Below, piece after piece: positions 19,171 through 28,133 of a DNA stretch of 64,000 nucleotides; position 1 is the stretch's first letter; each line of letters starts with the position of its first letter. This DNA comes from Polyangiaceae bacterium (GTDB lineage: Bacteria > Myxococcota_A > Polyangia > Polyangiales > Polyangiaceae). The notes under the pieces were generated by a model. It saw nothing but the letters and a program-made list of their open reading frames with translations, was not told the DNA's origin and searched no databases. The translations under genes and the position numbers were made by a program. The stretch is taken from the NCBI GenBank assembly GCA_044376115.1, contig JBILLK010000010.1:128001-192000 (forward strand), read 5' to 3'.

Positions 19171-19815
19171 CTAGGCAAGAGGGCGCGCGTCCACGTCATC
19201 CCGCAGGTTGAGCGTTGACTCACGCGCTGCGAGGCAGGCCTCACTCCCAGCCGGAAACACGCTGCAGTTGAACGGCCGGGCAGCGTACACGTTGCACTTG
19301 TTGTCCGACTCGAGTTGGGGGCAGCGACCCGAGGGAAGGAAGCGGAGACGCAGCTTGCCGTCCTTCTTGCGAATCAGATGCTTGTTGGTCAGCAGATCCG
19401 TACGACCAGCCTCGCGGAAGCGCTCCAGGTCCGAGTCATAGAGGATGACGTTCGATTCGTGGCAACAAGCACCACACTCGAGACAATCGAGCTTGAGCAC
19501 GCGAGTGGGCTTGGCAAAGCCCGAGTCCCGCTCGCACCAATCGAGCGTTGCGTAGCGAGCATGGGGCGCGGCCAGGATGGTGAACAGCCCTTTGAGCGGG
19601 CCCTCTTTTTCCTTTTTCGCGCGGTGTTGCTCGAGCGCCAGCACCGCCCAGAGCCCCTGCTCGGTGAGCTCGCCCTTCTTGTCGACCCCGAGTACGAGCC
19701 GCAACTTGGAGGGCCGATACACGATCACCGCGTGGCCTCCGGAGCGCACCCACTCGGCCGCGTTGTCGATGAACTTGGGCGAGAACTGTCTCCAGACAGG
19801 CCGGGTGATTCGCAT
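19171..19815 (-). CDS. YkgJ-family (CxxCxxCC) Zn/Fe cluster protein
   Basis: CLECGACC...CPQL...CNVYAARPFNCSVFP. Confidence 0.85.
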   Translation of the reverse strand: MRITRPVWRQFSPKFIDNAAEWVRSGGHAVIVYRPSKLRLVLGVDKKGELTEQGLWAVLALEQHRAKKEKEGPLKGLFTILAAPHARYATLDWCERDSGFAKPTRVLKLDCLECGACCHESNVILYDSDLERFREAGRTDLLTNKHLIRKKDGKLRLRFLPSGRCPQLESDNKCNVYAARPFNCSVFPAGSEACLAARESTLNLRDDVDARPLA

Positions 19816-19882
19816 GCTGCGGCCCGTCTAGCGCGTGGCGAGACGCCCGCCAAGAGTCAGCTTCTGGCGCGCGTCAGTCCGC

Positions 19883-20590
19883 TCACACGGTGCGCTTTCT
19901 CTTGGCTTGTACCTGCGGTGGGGAGGCGCTCTCGAGCGCGGGCATACGCAAGTAACCGCCCTGCAAGAACTCGAATAGGTCGCGGACGATCTCTTCACGC
20001 GGCCGAACCCGACCAAGCGTGGAGGCCTCGAGCAAGACCTCCTTGAGCACACCGAGCGTGACGGTGGCGAAGAACTCGGGCGACCCCTGCATCACGATGC
20101 CGAGGCGTTGGCCTTCACGCAAAGCAGCGCTCAGCATCGTGCGTGCGCTGTCGTAGAAGCTGCCGATCTTCTGCACGAACGCCGGATCGAGCCCGGCCGC
20201 GTAGGACAAGAGCAAGCGCGTGAGCGCTGGGTCGTCGAGGAAGACGGCCACGATCGCACGGATGTTGTGCTCCACCTGCGGCCGAACTTCGCCCTCGACG
20301 TCCACGCGCAGAATGGCGGCACCGATCCGGGCGAAGAGGCCGTCCACCAGCTCCTCGAGCACCGCGCGCTTGTCTTTGAAGTAGAGGTAATACGTGCCCT
20401 TGGCGACATTGGCCCGAGCGCAGATGTCCTCGACCTTCGCATCGTGATAGCCGCGCGCTGCGAATACATCGCGAGCGGCGTGCAAAAGCACTTGATGCCG
20501 CTCCCTCTTGTCTACGCGCTCGCCGCTCACGGCGTTGACGGTGCGTTGGTTCACAGGCGCTGCCAACGACTTTTCTCGGCCTTTTGCCAC
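19883..20590 (-). CDS. TetR/AcrR family regulator (FadR-like)
   Basis: AARDVFAARGYH...ICARANVAKGTYYLYFKDK HTH; divergent from the activase operon. Confidence 0.93.
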   Translation of the reverse strand: MAKGREKSLAAPVNQRTVNAVSGERVDKRERHQVLLHAARDVFAARGYHDAKVEDICARANVAKGTYYLYFKDKRAVLEELVDGLFARIGAAILRVDVEGEVRPQVEHNIRAIVAVFLDDPALTRLLLSYAAGLDPAFVQKIGSFYDSARTMLSAALREGQRLGIVMQGSPEFFATVTLGVLKEVLLEASTLGRVRPREEIVRDLFEFLQGGYLRMPALESASPPQVQAKRKRTV

Positions 20591-20651
20591 GACCGCTAAC
20601 GTTACGTCACATCACAAGCGAGTTGCCCCAGTGAAGTGCGGGTGATACCAG

Positions 20652-20671
20652 TGACTGACCCGCCAGTCAGT
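20652..20671. promoter_or_regulatory. Putative TetR operator palindrome
   Basis: TGACTGACCCGCCAGTCAGT contains TGACTG-N6-CAGTCA and ACTGAC-N6-GTCAGT. Confidence 0.6.
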
Positions 20672-20708
20672 TGGGGGTAGGCCGTTGATACCCCCGGGGA
20701 GATAGCGA

Positions 20709-23700
20709 ATGAGAATGGCACCGTCGGAACGTCGTGAACCGTTGGTCTTGGGCGTTGATGTTGGTTCGACCACCGTCAAAGCTGTAGCTCTAGACCCGAA
20801 GACGCTTGAGATCGTCTGGAGCGACTACCAACGGCACCAAACCAAACAGCCGGAGAAGGTGGTCGAGCTGCTCGAGGACATCGCAGCATCGTTCCCCAAC
20901 TCCGACCCGAAGAGCTGGCGCGTCTTCATGACCGGCTCCGGCGCGATGCCGCTGTGCGCGCCGCTCGGTGGCAAGTTCGTTCAAGAAGTCAACGCAGTCG
21001 CGCTGGCCGTGGAGAAGCTGCACCCCGACGTGCGCAGCGTGATCGAGCTCGGCGGACAAGACGCGAAGATCATCATGTTCAACGTCGATCCGAAGTCGGG
21101 CGAGCGCACCGCCGTCCCGTCGATGAACGACAAATGTGCCTCGGGTACCGGCGCGACGATCGACAAGTGCATGATCAAGGTCGGGCTGCCGCCGGAGCTC
21201 GCCGTCAAGGTCCACTTCGACGACTCGAAGCTTCATCACGTCGCCGCCAAGTGCGGTGTTTTCGCCGAGACCGACATCGTCAATCTGGTCAAGAGCGGCA
21301 TCCCCTCGAAGGAGATCCTCTGCTCGTTAGCCGACGCGATCGTGCTGCAGAATTTGAGCGTACTGACTCGCGGGTCAACGCTGAAACACAAGGTCATTTT
21401 GCTCGGCGGGCCCAACACTTACCTGCCCTTCTTGCAAGAGTGCTGGCGTCAGCGCATCCCCGAGGTTTGGGCTGAGCGCGGCTATGACTACCCGAAGGAC
21501 GTTCCGATCGAAGAGCTGATCTTCGTGCCCGAAAATGCTCAGTACTACGCAGCGTTCGGCGCCTGCGTTTACGGCATGGAAGAGCCCGCTGCCGTGGGCG
21601 CCTACAAAGGCCTCGACGGACTGATCGAGTACATGAAGAACGGTCGCAAGGCTCGCCTCGGCCAGAGCGCCGGGCCGCCGCTCGTCAAGTCGAAGAACGA
21701 GCAGTCGGAGTTCGCTGAGCTGTTCAAGATCCCGCGCTTTAGCCCGATGAAGTTCGAGCCCGGTCAGGTCGTCCGCGGCGTGATCGGTATGGACGGCGGG
21801 TCCACCTCCTCCAAGGCCGTGCTGCTCGGCGAAGACGGCGAGATCGTCTGCAAGGGTTACCAACTGTCGAAGGGCAACCCGATCCAAGACACCAAGGAGC
21901 TGCTCTCGCAGATCCGCAGTTACGTCGAGGACCAAGGGGCGACCTTGGAGGTGCTCGGCTTCGGTGCGACGGGCTACGCCGCTGACGTTTTGCAAGAGTG
22001 CGTGAAGAGCGACGTCAACATCGTCGAGACCGTCGCGCACATGATGAGCGCGGTGAAGTTCTTCGGCGACGTCGACGTGATCTGCGACATCGGTGGGCAG
22101 GACATCAAGGTGCTGTTCATGAAGAACGGCGACATCTCGAACTTCAAGCTGTCGAACTCCTGTTCGGCGGGCAACGGCATGTTGCTGCAGGCCATGGCCG
22201 ATCAGTTCGGTCTGCCGGTCACCTCCTACGCTGACACCGCCTTCCAAGCGGAGCTCGCACCAAAGTTCAGCTACGGCTGCGCCGTCTTCCTCGACACCGA
22301 CCGCGTCAACTTCCAAAAGGAGGGCTTCTCGAAGGAGGAGTTGCTCGCTGGGCTCGCCCAGGTCTTGCCGAAGAACGTTTGGCAGTACGTCGTGCAGATC
22401 CCGCGGCTCGCGTCGCTCGGTCGCAAGTTCGTCTTGCAGGGCGGCACGCAATACAACCTCGCCGCTGTCAAAGCCCAGGTGGACTACATCAAAGAGCGCG
22501 TTCCGGATGCCGAAATCTTCGTGCATCCGCACACCGGTGAAGCGGGCGCCATCGGCGCTGCCTTCGAGACGTTGCGCGTGGTCAAGCGCCGCGGCAAGTC
22601 GACCTTCATCGGCATCGATTCGGCCATCAACCTCGAGTACACCACCAAGAACGACGAAGAGACGGTCTGTCACTTCTGCCCCAACGAGTGCAAGCGCACC
22701 TTCATCGACACGCGCACGCCGGCCGGAGATACCAGCCGCTACATCGCAGGCTTCAGCTGCGAGAAGGGCACCGTCGAGAGTGAAGAGGCCATGTTGGCCC
22801 TGGTCGCCGAACGTAAGAAGACGGCGAAGCAGTACCCCAACCTCGTCGACTACGAGGCCAAGCTCGCCTTCCGTCACTTCTACAAGCCGACGCCGACGCC
22901 CGCCGAAGGCACGCCGGTCAAAGACGTCGAGATCAAGAAGGGCTTCTTCGGTATCAAGCGCGTGGAGACCACGCGGCCCTTCAAGCGCAGCGGAAAAGCG
23001 GCCGACGAGCTGCGTCGGCGTACGCGCATCGGCATGCCGCGGGCGATGAACATGTACTCGACGGCGCCGTACTTCCGGACGTACTTCGAGGCGCTCGGCA
23101 TCCCCAAGCAGAACGTCGTGTTCAGCGACGAGACCTCCGAGGAGATGTGGGTCGAGGGTGGCAAGTACGGCTCGATCGACCCGTGCTTCCCGTCGAAGGT
23201 GTGCCAGGCGCACATTCACAACCTGCTGTTCCATCAGCACACCGAGAAGAAGCCGCTCAAGTACATCTTCTTCCCCATCCTCACGCACGTACCGAGCTTC
23301 GGTGAGAACGTGATGGATAAGACCAGCTGTCCGATCGTGGCCGGCGTGCCCGACGTGATGAAGGCCGCCTTCACCAAAGAGGTGGATTTCTTCGCTCAAC
23401 GCGGGATCGAGTATCTCGATCCGGGCCTCTCCTTCGCCGAGATGCACTTCACGGCGAAGCGCATGTTCGACGTCTGGGGCTCGCGCTTGCAGGCCACCGA
23501 AGACGAGTGTGACCACGCGCACCGCGAGGCGATGAAGGCGCTGGCCGCCTTCGAGCACGACCTGATGGAGAAGGGCCGCGCGATCCTCGAGACGGTCGAG
23601 GCGGAGAACCGCGTCGCCATCCTCACCGTGTCGCGGCCGTATCACTCGGATCCGGGACTCAACCACGGCATCCCCGAGGAGTTCCAGGTGCTCGGTTACC

Positions 23701-24323
23701 CGGTGCTCTCGGTGCGTTCGCTGCCGCGCGACATCAAGTACCTTTCGCGCTTCTTCAAGGAAGAGGTCGCACGCGGCCAGCACCCGCTCGACATCAACGA
23801 CGTCTGGCCGGAGAACTACTCGGCCAACAGCGCTCAAAAGATCTGGGCCGTGAAGTTCGCAGCCCGTCACCCCAACGTGGTGATCCTCGATCTCTCGAGC
23901 TTCAAGTGCGGTCACGATGCGCCCACCTACGGCATCGTCGAGAGCATCGTCTCGGCCAGCGCAACGCCGTACCAGGCCCTTCACGATATCGACGCAAACA
24001 AGCCCGGCGGTTCGATCAAGATCCGCGTGAAGACCTTCGCGCACAGCCTCAAGCTGTACCAAGAGACGCTCGAGGATCTTGCGACCAAGAAGGGCGAACT
24101 AGCGATGAGCCTCGACAAGAAGCAGCTCGAGCTGATGCTGCTACGAAAAGCTCAACTCGCCGACCGTTTGAGCCGTGATCCCGCCCTTGAGGCGAAGATC
24201 GAGGAACTCGGCGAGCGGCTCAAGCGTTACGAAGCGCCGGTGCGTAAGCCCGAGCCGCCTCGCGATCTCGTTCAGCTCAAAAAGAAGACCAGCACGGGGG
24301 AGACGGTGCCTGTCGGCGCCTGA
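20709..24323 (+). CDS. CoA-activase fusion (two BadF/BcrAD ATPase domains plus DUF2229 reductase-like domain); PlsA/Ger-like
   Basis: DVGSTTVK/ELGGQDAK/CASGTG/CGVFAETD, then DGGSTSSK/DIGGQDIK/CSAGNG/CAVF; CHFCPNEC; PCFPSK, SCPIV, SFKCGHD. Confidence 0.88.
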   Translation: MRMAPSERREPLVLGVDVGSTTVKAVALDPKTLEIVWSDYQRHQTKQPEKVVELLEDIAASFPNSDPKSWRVFMTGSGAMPLCAPLGGKFVQEVNAVALAVEKLHPDVRSVIELGGQDAKIIMFNVDPKSGERTAVPSMNDKCASGTGATIDKCMIKVGLPPELAVKVHFDDSKLHHVAAKCGVFAETDIVNLVKSGIPSKEILCSLADAIVLQNLSVLTRGSTLKHKVILLGGPNTYLPFLQECWRQRIPEVWAERGYDYPKDVPIEELIFVPENAQYYAAFGACVYGMEEPAAVGAYKGLDGLIEYMKNGRKARLGQSAGPPLVKSKNEQSEFAELFKIPRFSPMKFEPGQVVRGVIGMDGGSTSSKAVLLGEDGEIVCKGYQLSKGNPIQDTKELLSQIRSYVEDQGATLEVLGFGATGYAADVLQECVKSDVNIVETVAHMMSAVKFFGDVDVICDIGGQDIKVLFMKNGDISNFKLSNSCSAGNGMLLQAMADQFGLPVTSYADTAFQAELAPKFSYGCAVFLDTDRVNFQKEGFSKEELLAGLAQVLPKNVWQYVVQIPRLASLGRKFVLQGGTQYNLAAVKAQVDYIKERVPDAEIFVHPHTGEAGAIGAAFETLRVVKRRGKSTFIGIDSAINLEYTTKNDEETVCHFCPNECKRTFIDTRTPAGDTSRYIAGFSCEKGTVESEEAMLALVAERKKTAKQYPNLVDYEAKLAFRHFYKPTPTPAEGTPVKDVEIKKGFFGIKRVETTRPFKRSGKAADELRRRTRIGMPRAMNMYSTAPYFRTYFEALGIPKQNVVFSDETSEEMWVEGGKYGSIDPCFPSKVCQAHIHNLLFHQHTEKKPLKYIFFPILTHVPSFGENVMDKTSCPIVAGVPDVMKAAFTKEVDFFAQRGIEYLDPGLSFAEMHFTAKRMFDVWGSRLQATEDECDHAHREAMKALAAFEHDLMEKGRAILETVEAENRVAILTVSRPYHSDPGLNHGIPEEFQVLGYPVLSVRSLPRDIKYLSRFFKEEVARGQHPLDINDVWPENYSANSAQKIWAVKFAARHPNVVILDLSSFKCGHDAPTYGIVESIVSASATPYQALHDIDANKPGGSIKIRVKTFAHSLKLYQETLEDLATKKGELAMSLDKKQLELMLLRKAQLADRLSRDPALEAKIEELGERLKRYEAPVRKPEPPRDLVQLKKKTSTGETVPVGA

Positions 24324-24373
24324 TCGAAGACTTTAACCAGCCCGCAGACAGCGCCACCGAAACCGAGGACGAC

Positions 24374-26338
24374 ATGGAAACTACGACCACGACCACCAAG
24401 AAGAGCCTTCCCATCATCGGGAGCAAAGCTGCCGCGAGCCCGGAGCCGGAGAAGAGCCCGCTCTCGATCGAAGAGGAGATGCGCTTTTTCGAGCAGGCCG
24501 AGCGCGAGCGCATCGGCATCAAAGCCGAGCGACGCCAATGGGTTGACGAGATGCTCGACCCCCAGATGAAGAAGGATGAGCGGGCGAATGTGACCCTGCT
24601 GATCAGCGGTCTCACCGCAGCGCAAGACTTCCTCGCGGAAGGCGCGCTTCGCGGGCTCGGCTACAACGTCGAGTACATCGGGATGAGCGACAACGCTGGC
24701 CTGCAGGTCGGCAAAGAGTTCGGCAACCGCGGTCAGTGCAACCCAACCTACTTCACCGTGGGCGGCCTGGTGAAGCACCTGATCGATCTGCGCGACAAGA
24801 AGGGCATGACCTCCGAAGAGGTCGTGAAGAACTACATCTTCCTCACCGCTGGGGCCTGCGGTCCTTGCCGCTTCGGCATGTACGTGACCGAGTACCGCAA
24901 GGCGCTCCGTGACGCCGGCTTCGACGGCTTCCGCGTTATGTTGTTCCAGCAGAAGGGTGGCCTCTCGCAAGCCACCGGCGGCGACGTCGGTCTGGAGATG
25001 AACCCGGCCTTCTTCATCTCGATCATCAAGGCAGTCGTCTGCGGTGACGCGCTGAACGCGCTCGCCTACCGCATTCGCCCCTACGAGATCGAGGCCGGCG
25101 CCACCAACCGCGCGGTCGAGAACGCCAAGAAGATCCTGTACAAGTCGCTCTACGAGCAGACCAACATCTTCTGGGCGCTATTCAAGGCTCGCCGCGAGTT
25201 CGAGGCGGTCAAGGTGGACAAGCTCCGCGCCAAGGCCAAGACCTCCATCATCGGTGAGTTCTGGGCAATGACCACCGAGGGTGACGGCAACTACGCGTTG
25301 CAGCGCTTCCTCGAGACGGAGGGCGCCGAGAACGACATCCAGCTCACCACCGCCTGGTTGCTCTACAACATCTGGGAGGTCGCCCGCGATACGCGCGAGC
25401 GCATGTTCCTCCGCGGCGTCGATGACGGTCACTACGGCCTCGCCGGCGTGGCTGAGAGCGAGTTCGGTGTGGCCAAGCGGCTCGCCACCATGCGTCTCGC
25501 TGAGTACGGCCTGCGCGCTGGCTTCCAAGCCTTTGCCCAGCCGCTCGGCCTGTTCGACTACCACCTGCCGGACATGGATCTCGTGGCCGAGGTTGCAGCG
25601 GACTACTACTCCAACGATCTGCGCGGTGGTGAAGGCCACATGGAGGTCGGCAAGCTGATCGTCAACGCCGTCAAGTCGAAGGCGCACATCACGGTCAGCG
25701 TGAAGCCCTTTGGTTGCATGCCGAGTTCCGGCGTCTCCGACGGCGTGCAGTCGCTCATCACCAACCGTTTCCCCGGCACCATCTTCTGTGCGGTGGAGAC
25801 CAGCGGGGACGGCGCGACGAACTTCTACAGCCGCGTGCAGATGTACATGTTCAAAGCGCGCATGGCCGCTCAAGAGGATCTGCGCAAGGCCTACGAGGAG
25901 ACGGGGCTGACCGAGGCTGACGTCCGCGCCTTCCTCGAGCAGAACCCGTCCTACGCATCACCGCTTCACCACTCGCCCCACGCGGGTGCTGGCAGCGCCG
26001 CGAACCTCGTTCGTGAAGTTGCGCCGCTCGTCGGCAAGACTCGCCTGCAGCAGCTCAGCTACAAGGCCGGCAAGAAGGCCGAGCTCGTTGCGGACGTGGC
26101 GAAGGCAACGCCGGGCAAGCTGAAGGCGCTCGGCGCCTGGCTCTCCAACAAGGAGAATCAAGCTCGTATGAAGCAAGACGCCGAGCTGATCGTGGACCTC
26201 GCCAGCGGCCGCGCCAAGGATCACTTCGGCCCGCTGCTCTCCAAGTTGGCCGGCAAGGCCTTCTTCGAGAACAACGCCGAGGTCGCTCACGTGGTCGCCG
26301 AAGACCGCATGGACATGGCGATCGCTGCCGAAGAGTAG
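24374..26338 (+). CDS. 2-hydroxyacyl-CoA dehydratase/reductase-like Fe-S subunit; PlsR-like
   Basis: GQCNPT, ACGPCRFGMY, IIGEF, GGEGH, KPFGCMP; GAGG RBS; directly follows the activase gene. Confidence 0.82.
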   Translation: METTTTTTKKSLPIIGSKAAASPEPEKSPLSIEEEMRFFEQAERERIGIKAERRQWVDEMLDPQMKKDERANVTLLISGLTAAQDFLAEGALRGLGYNVEYIGMSDNAGLQVGKEFGNRGQCNPTYFTVGGLVKHLIDLRDKKGMTSEEVVKNYIFLTAGACGPCRFGMYVTEYRKALRDAGFDGFRVMLFQQKGGLSQATGGDVGLEMNPAFFISIIKAVVCGDALNALAYRIRPYEIEAGATNRAVENAKKILYKSLYEQTNIFWALFKARREFEAVKVDKLRAKAKTSIIGEFWAMTTEGDGNYALQRFLETEGAENDIQLTTAWLLYNIWEVARDTRERMFLRGVDDGHYGLAGVAESEFGVAKRLATMRLAEYGLRAGFQAFAQPLGLFDYHLPDMDLVAEVAADYYSNDLRGGEGHMEVGKLIVNAVKSKAHITVSVKPFGCMPSSGVSDGVQSLITNRFPGTIFCAVETSGDGATNFYSRVQMYMFKARMAAQEDLRKAYEETGLTEADVRAFLEQNPSYASPLHHSPHAGAGSAANLVREVAPLVGKTRLQQLSYKAGKKAELVADVAKATPGKLKALGAWLSNKENQARMKQDAELIVDLASGRAKDHFGPLLSKLAGKAFFENNAEVAHVVAEDRMDMAIAAEE

Positions 26339-26373
26339 GCGGTTGGGCAGGTTGCCCTAACCGTTACGTATCA

Positions 26374-26408
26374 GGCGGGCGCCTCACCAGCGCCCGCCGC
26401 CGTTTTGT
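26374..26408 (+). terminator. Putative intrinsic terminator
   Basis: GGCGGGCGC-N7-GCGCCCGCC hairpin followed by GCCGTTTT. Confidence 0.55.
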
Positions 26409-26465
26409 GCTTCGCGTGAAGAGTTCGAGCATGAAAGTCCGCTTCGCGCTAGCTTTCGGAAAGAC

Positions 26466-26960
26466 ATGCCCAAGCAGGTCCTCCTCGCCATCGTCCTTAT
26501 GCTTTCGCTCCTTGTCGGCTGTCAGCCGGCGGTCACGCTGCGCTCGGCAACGCTGAGAGGAGCGTCACCCACGGGCATCTCGTTTGATGCCGTCTTGGCG
26601 GTCGAGAATCCAAATCTTTTCGACCTGCAAGTACGAGCCGTGCGCGCCAACGCCAAGCTCGACGGGGTCAAAGGCGTGGTGCCGATCTTCATCGAGCCAA
26701 ACACCTGGATTCCTGCGGGGCGCACGGTGCTCATTCCCGTGCCGATCACGCTGCCCTGGCAGATGATCCCACCGGTGCTCGCAGCCACGGTTGGAGACGC
26801 CAAAGTCACCTATCACGTGAGCGGCACCGCAGACGTTACCGCCACGCAGGCGTTCGCCATCGATCGCGATATGTACGAGTTCGACGATGAAGGCGAACTA
26901 CCGCGCGGCTTCCTGATGAAGGTTGGGACGGGCGGCTTTCAAATCGGCATCGGGCAGTAA
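26466..26960 (+). CDS. LEA type 2 (WHy domain) lipoprotein
   Basis: Lipobox LVGC; LAVENPN motif; YHVSG. Confidence 0.8.
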   Translation: MPKQVLLAIVLMLSLLVGCQPAVTLRSATLRGASPTGISFDAVLAVENPNLFDLQVRAVRANAKLDGVKGVVPIFIEPNTWIPAGRTVLIPVPITLPWQMIPPVLAATVGDAKVTYHVSGTADVTATQAFAIDRDMYEFDDEGELPRGFLMKVGTGGFQIGIGQ

Positions 26961-27000
26961 CGCTCAGCGGGCCGTTGCCTCAGGCCTCGCGTAGTCGCGC

Positions 27001-28068
27001 TCAGGCCTCGGGTAGAAGACGCGTCACGAACCAAAAGAGCCCGAGCACCGCTACCGCGACGCTGAGCACCTTCACGCCGCGTTCACGGAACCACTCGCGC
27101 TTGCCCAACACCAAGATGATGGGCAACACCAGCGCCATCACCATCAGTTGCCCCAGCTCGACGCCGACGTTGAAGGTCGCTAGTCCAAGCGCGAGATGGC
27201 CTTGCGGCACGCCAATCTCACCGAGCGCGCCGGCAAAACCGAAGCCGTGAATCAAGCCAAAGGCGGCTGTGATTCGCCAGCGCTTGCTAGCGTCCTTCAC
27301 CAAGAAGTTCTCGACGCCGACGTAGGCCACGCTGAGCGCGATCAGCGGCTCGATCACCGAGCCAGGCGGATTGAGCACGCCCGTAACGGCCAAACCCAAC
27401 GTCACCGAGTGGGCCACGGTGAAGGCCGTCACCATCGCGAGCATGTGCTTCAGCCGCCCACCGATGATCACCAGGCCAAGGAGAAACACGAGGTGATCGA
27501 AGCCCATCAGGATGTGCTCGATGCCCAGCTTGATGTACTCGACCGAGATTTGAGCGCGCGTTCGGGCGACGGGCGCTTGCTCTGCGCTTGGCGCCGAACC
27601 GGCTGGCGGCGCGAGCTCGAGGGTTGGCCTTCCAGAGTGCAACGTGTCATCGCGCTTACCCGCGCTGTCGCTGATGAACGCCGCGTGGGTATGGCCAATC
27701 CGCAGCGCTTTGAATAGCGCCCCAAGCTCGACGTGGTAGTTGCCCTCCGTCCCGCACGGTGGGTACTCGAGCTCGATAAGCCAGTCCTTCTCCACCAAGC
27801 TCGACTTGGGCGCGGAGCCTTCACAGACCGTATCGCCGCGACGCAAAACCACCAACGTGGCGAGCTTGGCTGCTTGCTCGGCGGAGGGTGCAGCATCGCT
27901 GGAACCTCCGGTTGCGAGCGCTCCCTCACGCGGAGAAAGGTTGATGCGTATCGAGGTTCCCGCCTCGGTCACGGCGTATTCGCCTTTGGAGGCTCCCAGC
28001 TCATGCGCGAACAAGCGCTGCGGTAAGGCGAGGATCAGCAAAGCGACGACGAACCACCAGCTACGCAT
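27001..28068 (-). CDS. HupE/UreJ family membrane protein with N-terminal periplasmic domain
   Basis: Signal ending AHE; GIEHILMGFDHLVF, TAFTVAHSVTL, IEPLIALS, FGLIHGFGFA, FNVGVELGQ. Confidence 0.9.
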   Translation of the reverse strand: MRSWWFVVALLILALPQRLFAHELGASKGEYAVTEAGTSIRINLSPREGALATGGSSDAAPSAEQAAKLATLVVLRRGDTVCEGSAPKSSLVEKDWLIELEYPPCGTEGNYHVELGALFKALRIGHTHAAFISDSAGKRDDTLHSGRPTLELAPPAGSAPSAEQAPVARTRAQISVEYIKLGIEHILMGFDHLVFLLGLVIIGGRLKHMLAMVTAFTVAHSVTLGLAVTGVLNPPGSVIEPLIALSVAYVGVENFLVKDASKRWRITAAFGLIHGFGFAGALGEIGVPQGHLALGLATFNVGVELGQLMVMALVLPIILVLGKREWFRERGVKVLSVAVAVLGLFWFVTRLLPEA

Positions 28069-28133
28069 TTCACCGCCCCTACGCCCGAGCCGTGCTCGCG
28101 GCCTCATGAGCGCTAGCTTCAAGTGAGCGGGAC

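Noticed and set aside
21375..24062. 895-aa antisense ORF, and similar long antisense ORFs opposite secA, ppdK, lon and others
   Set aside because: Shadow ORFs caused by strong GC3 codon bias on the coding strand; they show no protein motifs.
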